Shown in pieces: positions 19,406 to 29,340 of a stretch of 64,000 bases of DNA (positions within the stretch are counted from its first letter, which is position 1; every line of letters starts with the position of its first letter). The DNA is from Candidatus Zhuqueibacterota bacterium (GTDB lineage Bacteria; Zhuqueibacterota; Zhuqueibacteria; Thermofontimicrobiales; Thermofontimicrobiaceae). The notes under the pieces are model-generated. The model was not told the DNA's origin, did no database searches, and saw only the letters and a list, made by a program, of their open reading frames with translations. Location of the stretch: positions 32,001 through 96,000 of the forward strand of contig JBMOPW010000020.1 of the NCBI GenBank assembly GCA_049322915.1, read 5' to 3'. The position numbers were made by a program, and so were the translations under genes.

Positions 19406-20108
19406 GAACGCGGATGACACGGATTACACTGATCTTCGCGGATTTTTATTTGGTCCTTATCCGCGTAAACCCGCGTCATCAGCGTAATCCGCGTTCTATA
19501 AAATCTTTACCTATTTTCCCAGGTACCCAACTACCTAAAACATTTCGACATTTTGCTGAAGAAATATTTGAAGTAACCAGCGCTGGATTGGAGCGCGGAT
19601 GACACGGATTACACTGATCTTCGCGGATTTTTATTTGGTCTTTATCCGCGTAAACCCGCGTCATCAGCGTAATCCGCGTTCTATAAAATCTTTGCCTATT
19701 TACCCAGTTACCCAATTATCTAAAACATTTCGACATTTTGCTGGAGAAATATTTGAAGTGACCAGCGCTGGATTGGAGCGCGGATGACACAGATTACACT
19801 GATCTTCGCGGATTTTTATTTGGTCTTTATCCGCGTAAACCCGTGTTATCAGCGTAATCCGCGTTCTATAAATTCTTTGCCTATTTACCCAGGTACCCAA
19901 CTACCTAAAACATTTCGACATTTTGCTGGAGAAAAATTTGAAGTGACCAGTGCCGGATTGGAGCGCGGATGACACGGATTACACTGATCTTCGCGGATTT
20001 TTATCTGGTCTTTATCCGCGTAAACCCGCGTCATCAGCGTAATCCGCGTTCTATAAAATCTTTGCCTATTTACCCGGTTACCCAATTACCTAAAACATTT
20101 CGACATTT
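19406..20108 (+). repeat. Tandem array of ~3.8 x 185 bp (palindromic element plus captured arsC segment)
   Basis: Units start at 19406, 19591, 19776, 19961; near-identical; tails of units 1-3 match arsC 20202-20253. Confidence 0.95.
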
Positions 20109-20135
20109 AACGAAGCAAATGAAAGAGCAAATTTG

Positions 20136-20561
20136 ATGAAGGAAAAAATACTCGTCTTATGCACCGGCAACTCCTGCCGCTCCCAGATGGCTGAGGGATA
20201 TTTTCGACATTTTGCTGGAGAAAAATTTGAAGTGACCAGCGCTGGCTTGGAGCCGAGTGTGGTCAATCCGAAAGCCATTCAGGTGATGCTGGAAGATGGC
20301 GTGGATATTTCCAGCCATACGTCCAAAGATGTGGAGCAATTCATTGGGCAAAATTTTAATTATATCATTACGGTTTGTGACAATGCGAAGGAACGCTGTC
20401 CGTTTTTCCCAGGACAGGCGGAGCGGATTCTCTGGAGTTTTGTGGATCCGGCCGGTGCGCAAGGGAGCGAAGCAGAAATTTTTGCGATGTTCCGAAAAGT
20501 GAGGGATCAAATTCGGGAAAGGATAAAAGAGTTTTTGAATGAATTTGAATTGTCAATTTAA
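20136..20561 (+). CDS. arsC: Arsenate reductase, LMW-PTP/thioredoxin type
   Basis: LCTGNSCRSQMAEG, ITVCD..ERCP, W.FVDP. Confidence 0.92.
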   Translation: MKEKILVLCTGNSCRSQMAEGYFRHFAGEKFEVTSAGLEPSVVNPKAIQVMLEDGVDISSHTSKDVEQFIGQNFNYIITVCDNAKERCPFFPGQAERILWSFVDPAGAQGSEAEIFAMFRKVRDQIRERIKEFLNEFELSI

Positions 20562-20625
20562 CATCACCCTTTCTAAGGTTTGCTACCTTTGAAAGGGTAA
20601 AAGATAAAAAAATTTTGGAGGAACA

Positions 20626-21672
20626 ATGAGTAGTCATGTAGCCCAACGACTGTCATTTCTGGATCGATTTCTGACGCTGTGGATTTTTCTGGCGATGGCG
20701 GTTGGCGTTGGTTCAGGTTACTTCTTTCCCAGCATTGTGGATTTCTGGCATAAGTTTCAGGTGGGAACGACCAATATTCCCATTGCTATCGGATTGATTT
20801 TAATGATGTACCCGCCGCTGGCAAAAGTGAAGTATGAAGAATTGGGACAGGTTTTTCGCAATTGGAAAGTGCTGGGATTATCACTGGTGCAGAACTGGAT
20901 CGTGGGTCCAGTGTTGATGTTCCTACTTGCAATCGTTTTTCTGCGCGGCTATCCCGAATACATGTACGGCCTGATCCTGATCGGGCTGGCGCGATGTATC
21001 GCCATGGTGATCGTCTGGAACGAACTGGCAAAGGGCGATTCTGAATACGCCGCCGGCCTGGTAGCGTTCAATTCCATTTTCCAGGTGCTGTTCTTTTCAG
21101 TGTACGCCTACGTGTTCATCACTATTCTGCCGACGTGGTTTGGCCTGAAAGGAACCACCGTGGAAATAACCATCGGGCAGATCGCCGAAAGCGTTTTCAT
21201 CTATCTGGGTATCCCGTTCATCGCCGGTATCATCACTCGATTTTCACTCATCAATCTGAAAAATAAAGAATGGTATCACACCAAATTCATCCCGAAAATT
21301 AGCCCCATCACGCTGATCGCCCTGTTGTTCACCATCATTGTGATGTTCTCACTGAAGGGCGAGTTCATCGTGCAACTGCCGCTGGATGTGGTGCGCATCG
21401 CCATTCCACTATTGATCTATTTTGTGGTGATGTTTCTGCTCTCCTTTTTTATGAGCAAAAGGGTCGGCGCCAATTATGCCCAATCGGCAACGCTGTCGTT
21501 CACTGCTGCCAGCAATAATTTCGAGCTGGCAATTGCCGTAGCAGTGGCTGTTTTCGGCATCCAATCGGGCGAGGCGTTTGCAGCGGTAATCGGTCCGCTG
21601 GTGGAAGTCCCTGCGTTGATTAGTCTGGTGAATGTGGCATTATGGTTCCAAAAGAAGTATTTTCGGAAATGA
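20626..21672 (+). CDS. acr3: ACR3 family arsenite efflux transporter
   Basis: [46 protein letters not shown]. Confidence 0.95.
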   Translation: MSSHVAQRLSFLDRFLTLWIFLAMAVGVGSGYFFPSIVDFWHKFQVGTTNIPIAIGLILMMYPPLAKVKYEELGQVFRNWKVLGLSLVQNWIVGPVLMFLLAIVFLRGYPEYMYGLILIGLARCIAMVIVWNELAKGDSEYAAGLVAFNSIFQVLFFSVYAYVFITILPTWFGLKGTTVEITIGQIAESVFIYLGIPFIAGIITRFSLINLKNKEWYHTKFIPKISPITLIALLFTIIVMFSLKGEFIVQLPLDVVRIAIPLLIYFVVMFLLSFFMSKRVGANYAQSATLSFTAASNNFELAIAVAVAVFGIQSGEAFAAVIGPLVEVPALISLVNVALWFQKKYFRK

Positions 21673-21737
21673 AATTCAAAGAAGCCAAGCTTCTGAAATG
21701 AGTTATTTCTTAACGACTGAGCAGGGGAAAAACAATC

Positions 21738-21976
21738 ATGATTATAAAAGTTTTAGGCACAGGTTGTCCCAACTGTTTAAAGCTGGAAGAACTGGAAAAA
21801 AAGCGGTTCAAGAGCTGAATATAAACGCCGAATTTGTTAAGGTTAAAGAAATTGATAAAATTTTAGAGTATGGAATCGCGCGAACTCCTGGCCTGGTGAT
21901 CAATGAAATAGTGAAATCATCAGGAAGAATTCCTACCATTGATCAGATCAAAACCCTTATTCATGAATCGCTGTGA
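21738..21976 (+). pseudogene. Small redox-active disulfide protein (TM0996/MTH895 type), frameshifted in an A7 run
   Basis: MIIKVLGTGCPNC in one frame and AVQELN..TPGLVINE in another; break at A-run 21796-21802; intact paralog at 37070. Confidence 0.8.
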
Positions 21977-21997
21977 AAACGAAAAGGAAATTTGAAT

Positions 21998-22663
21998 ATG
22001 AAAAAAGTTTATCTCTTATTATCCCAGATTATGCAATTGCCACAAAGACCCCAAGGCTCAAAGAAAAAATTTACAAAATATTATAATCATTTTTTGAGAA
22101 AAACTTTTTCACTTTTTTATCCTTTAATTTTAAAAAATAAACCAAGTTTTTTCTTTGTGATTCTTGGCGCCTTCGAGACGTTGAGGCAATTTTTTAAATT
22201 GCATAATTTGGGATTATTAGTGGGACTATGGATTTTGTTTGCTTTCGCATGTGGCAAGAACGATGCCCAGACGACAACTGAGTCCTCAACGAAAGTAGCT
22301 CAAACTGATTCGGTGAAAATAGATTCGACAAAAACCGATTCAACACAAGCATCAACTCCTAAAGTCACTTTTGTCGAACTGGGATCGGTCAATTGTGTCC
22401 CCTGCAAAATGATGCAGCCTGTGATGAAGGCCATCGAAGAAGAATTCGGCGATCAAATCGAAATCGTGTTTCATGATGTCTGGAAAGATCGGGCGCCAGC
22501 GGAAAAGTATCGCATTCGAATCATTCCCACCCAGGTCTTTCTTGATGAGTCGGGCAAAGAATTCCTTCGCCATGAAGGCTATTTTCCTAAGGAAGAAATT
22601 GAAAAATTGCTGACCGATAAAGGTTTGAAGAAAAAAAATCCGATCAAACCAAACAAAAGTTAG
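21998..22663 (+). CDS. Thioredoxin-family lipoprotein carrying an in-frame 66-codon insertion
   Basis: CVPC active site, IPTQVF; FAFA-C lipobox; insertion 22022-22213. Confidence 0.85.
   Translation: MKKVYLLLSQIMQLPQRPQGSKKKFTKYYNHFLRKTFSLFYPLILKNKPSFFFVILGAFETLRQFFKLHNLGLLVGLWILFAFACGKNDAQTTTESSTKVAQTDSVKIDSTKTDSTQASTPKVTFVELGSVNCVPCKMMQPVMKAIEEEFGDQIEIVFHDVWKDRAPAEKYRIRIIPTQVFLDESGKEFLRHEGYFPKEEIEKLLTDKGLKKKNPIKPNKS
22022..22213. mobile_element. 192-bp MITE with 17-bp terminal inverted repeats and 6-bp target duplication
   Basis: tcccagattatgcaatt / aattgcataatttggga (one mismatch); TTATTA at 22016-22021 and 22214-22219. Confidence 0.9.
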
Positions 22664-22671
22664 GGGGCTGG

Positions 22672-23367
22672 ATGCTGACAAGTCTTTTTACCTGGCTAAC
22701 CAATGTCATTCAAGGTCAACCATACTTTGCCATTTTCGCTGCTTTTCTCTGGGGAATTTTGAGCATCCTGCTCAGCCCCTGTCACCTGTCCAGTATTCCG
22801 CTGATCATCGGCTTCATCGATAAGCAGGGACATGGCTCGGTCAAACGGGCGTTCTGGCTCTCGCTGTTGTTTGCCGTTGGAATTTTGGTAACGATTGCCG
22901 CCATCGGCATCATCACTGCCTCGCTGGGCAGACTTATGGGCGATGTTGGCAATGTCGGAAATTACCTGGTGGCGATTGTCTTTTTCCTGGTGGGGCTATA
23001 CCTGCTTGATATAATACCCGCACTGTGGAGTGGCGCCACAGGGACGAACGTAAAGCAAAAAGGGCTGGCTGCGGCCTTTTTATTAGGCTTGATCTTTGGA
23101 ATTGGACTGGGTCCCTGCACATTTGCCTACATGGCGCCAATGTTGGGAGTGGCGTTTCAGGTTGCCGCCACCCAACTGCTGTTTGCCATTACGCTGTTAG
23201 CCGCCTTTGGCGTGGGGCATTGCTCGGTGATTGTGTTGGCAGGCACACTGATCGAAAAAGTCCAGCACTATTTGAATTGGACTGAAAAAACAAGAGGGGC
23301 GATCATCGTTCGCCGAATCTGTGGCGTTCTGGTTATATTAGGTGGAATTTATTTGATAATAAATTAG
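22672..23367 (+). CDS. ccdA: CcdA/DsbD-beta type transmembrane disulfide reductase
   Basis: LSPCHL and GPCTF cysteine pair, about 6 TM helices; follows thioredoxin. Confidence 0.85.
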   Translation: MLTSLFTWLTNVIQGQPYFAIFAAFLWGILSILLSPCHLSSIPLIIGFIDKQGHGSVKRAFWLSLLFAVGILVTIAAIGIITASLGRLMGDVGNVGNYLVAIVFFLVGLYLLDIIPALWSGATGTNVKQKGLAAAFLLGLIFGIGLGPCTFAYMAPMLGVAFQVAATQLLFAITLLAAFGVGHCSVIVLAGTLIEKVQHYLNWTEKTRGAIIVRRICGVLVILGGIYLIIN

Positions 23368-23535
23368 GACACGGATTCAACTGATCCAACAGATTTGTAT
23401 GGAATTTTTCTGACTGTTGTAAAAATTGAAATGTAACAGGCAAATTATTTCTTTCGTCTCACATCTGCCGTCTCACGTTTCACTTTTAAAGCGATCTGTT
23501 CAATCGGTGTTCCATAAAAAATTATAGGAGCAACA

Positions 23536-24708
23536 ATGAAAGACCGTACCAAATTAACCATCATCATTACGACATTTTTAGCTGCGTATTTTATTCCATT
23601 CAGTAAAACGAATGTTCAAAAAGCGCTGCTGGAAGCCCTTTTCATGCTGCAGGACTATGCCCGTGAGCATGTGCTGTTCTGCCTGGTGCCAGCGTTCTTC
23701 ATCGCTGGTGCGATCTCTGTTTTTGTGAATCAGGCAGCCGTCCTGAAATATTTTGGCGCCCAGGCAAATAAAATCCTATCGTACAGCGTGGCATCAATTT
23801 CAGGGACGATTCTGGCGGTCTGCTCCTGTACGGTGTTGCCGCTGTTTGCCGGAATTTACAAACGCGGTGCAGGCATTGGTCCTGCCACGGCATTTCTATA
23901 TTCAGGTCCGGCCATCAATGTGCTGGCGATTATCCTGACTGCACGCGTTTTGGGACCAGAATTGGGCATTGCCCGAGCCGTGGGCGCTATCGCTTTTTCA
24001 GTGATCATCGGGTTGGCAATGGCATTCATCTATCGCAAAGAAGAAAAAGAGCGGAATGCAAAATCGATCAATTTCGCCCAGGGCATGGAAGAAGCCATGC
24101 GGCCGCTATGGAAAAATGGGTTATTCTTTTTTACTCTGGTGCTGATCCTCATCTTTGCCGCCTGGGGCAAGCCGGCCCAGCCAGTGGGTTTCTGGAATTT
24201 CGTTTTTCAGATCAAATGGTATCTCACCATCGTCTTGCTCGGCTTGCTGGGCTGGCAACTGTGGCGCTGGTTTAAAAAGGATGAATTGAGCCAATGGGTG
24301 AGCCAGACCTGGTTCTTCGCCTGGCAGATTCTACCGCTATTGTTCGGTGGCGTGCTCGTTGCTGGATTCTTGATGGGCCGACCCAATACCGATTTGGGCA
24401 TCATCCCTTCCAGTTGGATTCAAACCGCCGTCGGGGGCAATTCCCTGTGGGCGAACTTATTGGCCTCTGTTGCTGGTGCTCTGATGTATTTCGCCACCCT
24501 GACCGAAGTTCCCATTCTGCAGGGGCTGCTCGGCAGCGGCATGGGTAAAGGCCCTGCGCTGGCGTTGCTACTGGCAGGACCTGCGTTGAGCCTGCCCAGC
24601 ATGCTGGTTATTCGCAGCGTGATCGGTACAAAAAAGATGCTAACTTATATTGCGCTGGTGGTTATCATGGCCACTGTGACGGGGATGGTGTTTGGAGGAA
24701 TTTTTTGA
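23536..24708 (+). CDS. arsP: ArsP-like (DUF318) permease
   Basis: LAVCSCTVLP, FLYSGPAIN, YFATLTEVP, GPALSLPS; in ars cluster. Confidence 0.85.
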   Translation: MKDRTKLTIIITTFLAAYFIPFSKTNVQKALLEALFMLQDYAREHVLFCLVPAFFIAGAISVFVNQAAVLKYFGAQANKILSYSVASISGTILAVCSCTVLPLFAGIYKRGAGIGPATAFLYSGPAINVLAIILTARVLGPELGIARAVGAIAFSVIIGLAMAFIYRKEEKERNAKSINFAQGMEEAMRPLWKNGLFFFTLVLILIFAAWGKPAQPVGFWNFVFQIKWYLTIVLLGLLGWQLWRWFKKDELSQWVSQTWFFAWQILPLLFGGVLVAGFLMGRPNTDLGIIPSSWIQTAVGGNSLWANLLASVAGALMYFATLTEVPILQGLLGSGMGKGPALALLLAGPALSLPSMLVIRSVIGTKKMLTYIALVVIMATVTGMVFGGIF

Positions 24709-24819
24709 TGATTTTACTGTGTCTGAAGATTTTGGCACAGGGATTTAGAAGGGTGAAACGACGATGCATTGTGTGGTTTTATTGACAAGCTGATGGATTA
24801 CTTAGCGCTGAAGGTCTAA

Positions 24820-25173
24820 ATGATGCAAAACAGCATAATGATTATTCTTGCCTGTTCGGGAGCTTCCAATACAGGGGCGTACTCTGACAAAGTTGCCAGA
24901 AAATTGATGAAAGATGGCCATGCCAAAATGCTCTGCCTTGCCCGATTTGCCGTCGATTCAGTCTTCGCTGAAGATAGTAAATCCGAATTGAGTTTCGGCG
25001 CTCGCATTGTGGTGCTGGACGGCTGCCCCATCAATTGCGCTGAAAAAATTTTAAAAAAAAACAGAATAGAAACGTTTGAACATATCAATATCACCGATTT
25101 TGGCATCGTCAAAGGAAAGACGCCGGTGACCGAAGCGAAGATAAATTATATCTGTGCATTTGTAAAACGGTAG
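24820..25173 (+). CDS. Putative zinc-binding DGC-domain protein
   Basis: ACSGASNTG, MLCLA, LDGCPINCA. Confidence 0.85.
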   Translation: MMQNSIMIILACSGASNTGAYSDKVARKLMKDGHAKMLCLARFAVDSVFAEDSKSELSFGARIVVLDGCPINCAEKILKKNRIETFEHINITDFGIVKGKTPVTEAKINYICAFVKR

Positions 25174-25264
25174 CGAATCGGCTGGAGTCCATTCACTGAA
25201 ATCGCATGGATGCTGGCCGAAGTCGATAATTTGAATATACATTTTTTATGAAAGGAAATGAAAT

Positions 25265-25885
25265 ATGAAATCAAACAAACATTATCCGCCGGACTGGGCC
25301 TTCGAATTCCACGGTCATCGTTGTCCATTCATGCCCATTGGTTATCGCATGGGGAAATTAGTGTTGAATTATCTGGGAGTTGAGCGAGAAAAAGATCATG
25401 GTTTCTTTGTCTTCCCGGAGCTGGGCGAAGGTCATCCCCAGACCTGCATGATGGACGGCATACAAGCTGCAACAGGCGCTACGTATGGCAAGGTGATGAT
25501 GGAAAAAACGTATTGGGGTAAATTGGCAGCCACTTTTTATCATCCGCAAAAGGGAGCGGTGCGCTATTCATTAAAAACCGATTTTATCGACGCCATGGGA
25601 AAATTCGAATTTTTTAGCTATCGCAAGCGCGGTGTGGAGCCGTCACTTATTCCGTCAGCAATTACCGAAGAAGTCATCACCTGGATGTTTGAACAATCGG
25701 ATGAAGATATCTTCAAAGTCGAGCCCAAACCGGATTTCAAATTTGCCCCGGTAAAAGGCTCGTTCAACAAAGCTAAATGCAGCCTGTGCGATGAGTATGT
25801 TTTTGAGCGCTATTTACGGATTAAAGATGGTAAACCAGTCTGCATCCCGTGCTCCGGCTATTTGAAATCAAACCAGGTCGCATAG
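25265..25885 (+). CDS. FmdE family protein with C-terminal zinc finger
   Basis: FHGHRCP, CMMDGIQ, GKLAATF, CSLC..CIPC. Confidence 0.85.
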   Translation: MKSNKHYPPDWAFEFHGHRCPFMPIGYRMGKLVLNYLGVEREKDHGFFVFPELGEGHPQTCMMDGIQAATGATYGKVMMEKTYWGKLAATFYHPQKGAVRYSLKTDFIDAMGKFEFFSYRKRGVEPSLIPSAITEEVITWMFEQSDEDIFKVEPKPDFKFAPVKGSFNKAKCSLCDEYVFERYLRIKDGKPVCIPCSGYLKSNQVA

Positions 25886-25907
25886 AAACCAGAGAAGGAT
25901 TGGCTCC

Positions 25908-26681
25908 ATGGATTTAAACATGACACTGCTGATCGGTGTTGCCTTTGTCTTTATAATCGCATTCATTTTTTCGATGTTCGGTCAGGGCGGTGGCTCGGTC
26001 TATTCTCCGCTGTTGATTCTGCTGGGTTACAATGTGCTGCTTGCCACGTCCACATCGCTGGTGTTGAATCTCATCACATCGCTATCGGCGGGCTATATTT
26101 TCTACCGCCAAAAGATGATCGATTATAAAGCGTCCTTCACCTTTGTGCCTGGCATTTCCATCGGCGCGTTTGTTGGCGGCGCTGTATCGAAATATTTTAA
26201 TACGATTATTTTTTTCTGGCTGTTCGTGGTTTTCCTGATTGTCCTGGGCGCGAGGATGATTAATGCCTACCGGGAAAAGGGGAAAACTGAAGAAAAACCG
26301 CCCGAAAAACTTTCGCCGGGCATGTATGCGCTCATTGCCGTTTTCGGCCTGACAGTGGGATTCGTCTCCGGCTTGCTGGGAGTCGGCGGCGGGATTTTGA
26401 TTGTTCCGTTTATGGTCTATGTTTGCAAGTACCCCACCAAAATTGCCGCTGGTTCGTCGCATTTGATCATCTCGTTTTCGGCGTTGGCGGGAATCATCGG
26501 CCATGCGTCATCACACCAGCTCGATATTCCATTGATTGTAATAACCGGCATTGCAGTGCTTATCGGTGGAAATCTCGGGGCGAGATTCAGCATGCGGTTC
26601 AAATCGAAAATAATCAAAGTCGGACTGGGTCTGCTGATGTGGGCGCTTGCGGCGCAGCTTTTGGTGAAGCTGCTCCAATAA
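25908..26681 (+). CDS. TauE/SafE family exporter
   Basis: GQGGG and GLLGVGGG repeats, about 8 TM helices. Confidence 0.85.
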   Translation: MDLNMTLLIGVAFVFIIAFIFSMFGQGGGSVYSPLLILLGYNVLLATSTSLVLNLITSLSAGYIFYRQKMIDYKASFTFVPGISIGAFVGGAVSKYFNTIIFFWLFVVFLIVLGARMINAYREKGKTEEKPPEKLSPGMYALIAVFGLTVGFVSGLLGVGGGILIVPFMVYVCKYPTKIAAGSSHLIISFSALAGIIGHASSHQLDIPLIVITGIAVLIGGNLGARFSMRFKSKIIKVGLGLLMWALAAQLLVKLLQ

Positions 26682-26879
26682 AAGCTATAAAGTGAAATAC
26701 TTCCCGCTGATGTTTTGAGTTTCTCAGAACGAAAGATGATCGTGTTTTTAACAGCAAAAATATTCGCGTGGATCGTCTAATTTCTTTCTTGCCCGGGTTG
26801 TCCAATATCCATTCGATACCGAAGCCAACCCAATAGTCCACGCACAGTTTAAGTTGCTCGGTTTTGATGGTACGCCTAA

Positions 26880-27383
26880 AATATGCAGCAACGCCGCCGG
26901 AGTCACCGCTGTTTTTTTCCGCTGGCTCATGATTATTGTTTTGGCTGGCTTATTCATTCATATTATTCTGGATTTCTTTGCTCGCTTAGGCGTGCGCCGA
27001 TCAGAAAATTTAACAGAAACAGTGACGGAAAAATCGGGCTGCGCCAGAAACGTCCCCAGTTCAGACGATTCTCTTTTTTTGAAAAATTCGACTACTGAGC
27101 AGTGTTCTGGGGCTGCGTCATTATGATCGTTTCGGGCATGGCATTGTGGACACCGGAGATTTTTCGAATGGTGATTCCATCGTTCTCACCTGCCATTTTT
27201 GAGGCCATGAAAGAAGCACACGCCCATGAAGCCGTGCTGGCAGTACTGGCGATTTTTATCTGGCACATTTACAATGTTCACTTTCGTCCCGACCGATTTC
27301 CGGGCACGCTTTTCTGGATGCACGGACGAGTGAGTCAGCAAAAAATAGTGAACGAGCATCCGCTGGAAGCGGTTGAAAATTAA
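26880..27383 (+). pseudogene. Remnant of a cytochrome b-type membrane subunit
   Basis: RPQFRRFSFFEKFDY*AVFWG..HAHEAVLAVLAIFIWHIYNVH..EHPLE; TGA at 27096-27098 where Trp is expected, plus frame changes. Confidence 0.65.
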
Positions 27384-27500
27384 CAGATCATTAATTTATA
27401 GATAGAGCATCGATGCCTGTCGTCACGGTTTCATGCTGCAAATACTAAATATCGCTACGAGAATCAGTTTAACTTAAGATGTTGAAAGCATTCTCTAAAA

Positions 27501-28064
27501 ATGAATGATAGTAAGAAGATCTCCAAAGTACCAGTCAGTAATACCACTGACTTTCGGGCGATATTCGATCAGTATCAGCATCTGGTTTACAATATCAGTT
27601 ACCGCATGACCGGGAATCGTGAAGATGCTGAGGACGCTACCCAGGATGTCTTTTTAAGAATTCACCGCTCTATCAACCGGTTTAGAGGCGACGCCAAATT
27701 GTCGTCGTGGGTCTACCGCATTGCAGTGAACACCTGTCTGAACCGGGAGCGGCGAAAAAAGCTGGCTTCCTGGGTATCGCTGGATTTTCTAATGCAGGAG
27801 GAGCCTGAATCCCAGCCGCTCTCGGAGGAGACGCCGGATCGTCACATGGAAATCAGCGAAACCGAGCGTCTTATCCAGCAGGCAATTCAATCCCTGCCCG
27901 CACGCCAGAAGACTGCAATCGTTCTGCATCGCTATGAAAATTTGTCCTACGAAGATATCGCCGGCGTCATGGAGATCAGCCTTTCCGCCGTGGAGTCTCT
28001 ACTGCACCGCGCCAAAGAAAATTTATCTCAAAAACTACTCTCCTTAAAAAAAGATCTTTTTTAA
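27501..28064 (+). CDS. ECF sigma-70 factor
   Basis: DAEDATQDVF, WVYRIAVN, LSYEDIA..VESLLHRAK. Confidence 0.92.
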   Translation: MNDSKKISKVPVSNTTDFRAIFDQYQHLVYNISYRMTGNREDAEDATQDVFLRIHRSINRFRGDAKLSSWVYRIAVNTCLNRERRKKLASWVSLDFLMQEEPESQPLSEETPDRHMEISETERLIQQAIQSLPARQKTAIVLHRYENLSYEDIAGVMEISLSAVESLLHRAKENLSQKLLSLKKDLF

Positions 28065-28065
28065 A

Positions 28066-28094
28066 CGCAAGGTTTTTGGAAACCGCGGGTCTTA
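28066..28094 (+). promoter_or_regulatory. Candidate ECF promoter CGCAAG-17-GTCTTA
   Basis: Same motif and spacing at 48077-48105 and 47414-47442. Confidence 0.6.
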
Positions 28095-28218
28095 TATTCA
28101 GGAGGTTGGATAAAATAACTCACCCTTTTGCTTTATCCGATAGGCTGCAAACCACGAAAATGAACATCATCTCTGAGGAGGTGAATTTATCCTACCTCCT
28201 TTAGAACAGGAAAAAAAG

Positions 28219-28695
28219 ATGAAACACAAGCTGATCCGGAAAAAACTGCTGCGTTATCTGGATAATGATTTGCCAGAAAATGAGCAGCAGGAGATACAAG
28301 CGCACATGATGGAATGTCCGTCGTGTCGCGCGCATCTGCAATGGCTAAAGTCTTCATGGCAGACGGAGCAATCGATTTCGCGGATTACGGCGCCGCCATT
28401 TTTATGGACACGGTTTATAGCTCGCTTGAATAGAGAGGAACGATCGCCCATGATTGTGCGAATCGCCGGGCAATTTCTTCAGTATGCTCGTCCCGCCATC
28501 GTCATGGCGGTCATCGTTCTGATGGTTTATATTGGTGTGCAATTCGGTCAAAAAATCATTCTACCGAAAACGGAATCCACGCTATCGGGCGTTCAAACGT
28601 CACAGATCCGGACAGAATTTGGCATGGATTATTTTTCCGCATTACCGCCGGGGTCGGTGGGCGAGCCGATTATACCATTGACTGAAAATAAATGA
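28219..28695 (+). CDS. zf-HC2 anti-sigma factor
   Basis: HMMECPSC (HxxxCxxC) and one TM helix. Confidence 0.85.
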   Translation: MKHKLIRKKLLRYLDNDLPENEQQEIQAHMMECPSCRAHLQWLKSSWQTEQSISRITAPPFLWTRFIARLNREERSPMIVRIAGQFLQYARPAIVMAVIVLMVYIGVQFGQKIILPKTESTLSGVQTSQIRTEFGMDYFSALPPGSVGEPIIPLTENK

Positions 28696-28703
28696 GGGTG
28701 TCG

Positions 28704-29186
28704 ATGAAAAAAAGAATTTTACTCTACCTGGCTATCCTTATTACTCTGGTAAATTTATCAGCGCTGGGCGCGATCCTGTATCAGCGTTATAAAATTGCTC
28801 AGCCCTGCGAATCGGGAAACGGTTTTGACAGGGTGAAAAAACAGGTGAAACTGACAGCCGTTCAGATCGAACAGTTCCAGGTCTATCGACAGGTTTTTCA
28901 CGCCGAGCTGGATTCGCTGGATCGATTACTGGCAACGGAACGCCGTTTACTGGCAGAAGAAATCCGTGCTGTCAAACCGGACAGCGCCCGAATCGCCGCA
29001 GTCGTGGAGGGGATTGGTCAATTGCAGCAGCAATCCCAATATCGGGTCATTGAACATTTTTTTCAGATCAAACAAATCCTGACGCCCGAGCAGCAGGAAC
29101 AGTTTTTCAATATTGTGCTGGAACGCTTCGTTGGCCGGCAGCAATTTCCCGGCTTATCACGAATGCGACAGGATGAGATGAATTAG
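28704..29186 (+). CDS. Periplasmic heavy-metal sensor (Spy/CpxP/ZraP-like)
   Basis: N-terminal TM, LTAVQ and LTPEQ motifs, helical. Confidence 0.75.
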   Translation: MKKRILLYLAILITLVNLSALGAILYQRYKIAQPCESGNGFDRVKKQVKLTAVQIEQFQVYRQVFHAELDSLDRLLATERRLLAEEIRAVKPDSARIAAVVEGIGQLQQQSQYRVIEHFFQIKQILTPEQQEQFFNIVLERFVGRQQFPGLSRMRQDEMN

Positions 29187-29340
29187 GGAGTGAGATAAAA
29201 TAATTCTATCATTCACCATCTTAAGGGACGTGAATTAAATAACTCTCCCTTTTATGAATGATCCTTGCTCATAGAAAGTCAAGATTGCTTTATCAAATGA
29301 GTAACTTAATTAATTCACAGTCCTAAACTTTTTATTTATT

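Noticed and set aside
19414..20085. Repeated 62-78 aa ORFs on both strands
   Set aside because: By-products of the repeat; no RBS, and only the tail matches a real protein (arsC)
19406..20108. CRISPR array with arsC-derived spacers
   Set aside because: Whole 185-bp units are near-identical with no unique spacers, and no cas genes are present
27096..27098. Selenocysteine or recoded TGA
   Set aside because: The position is an expected Trp in a gene with other lesions, and TGA is a normal stop across the window
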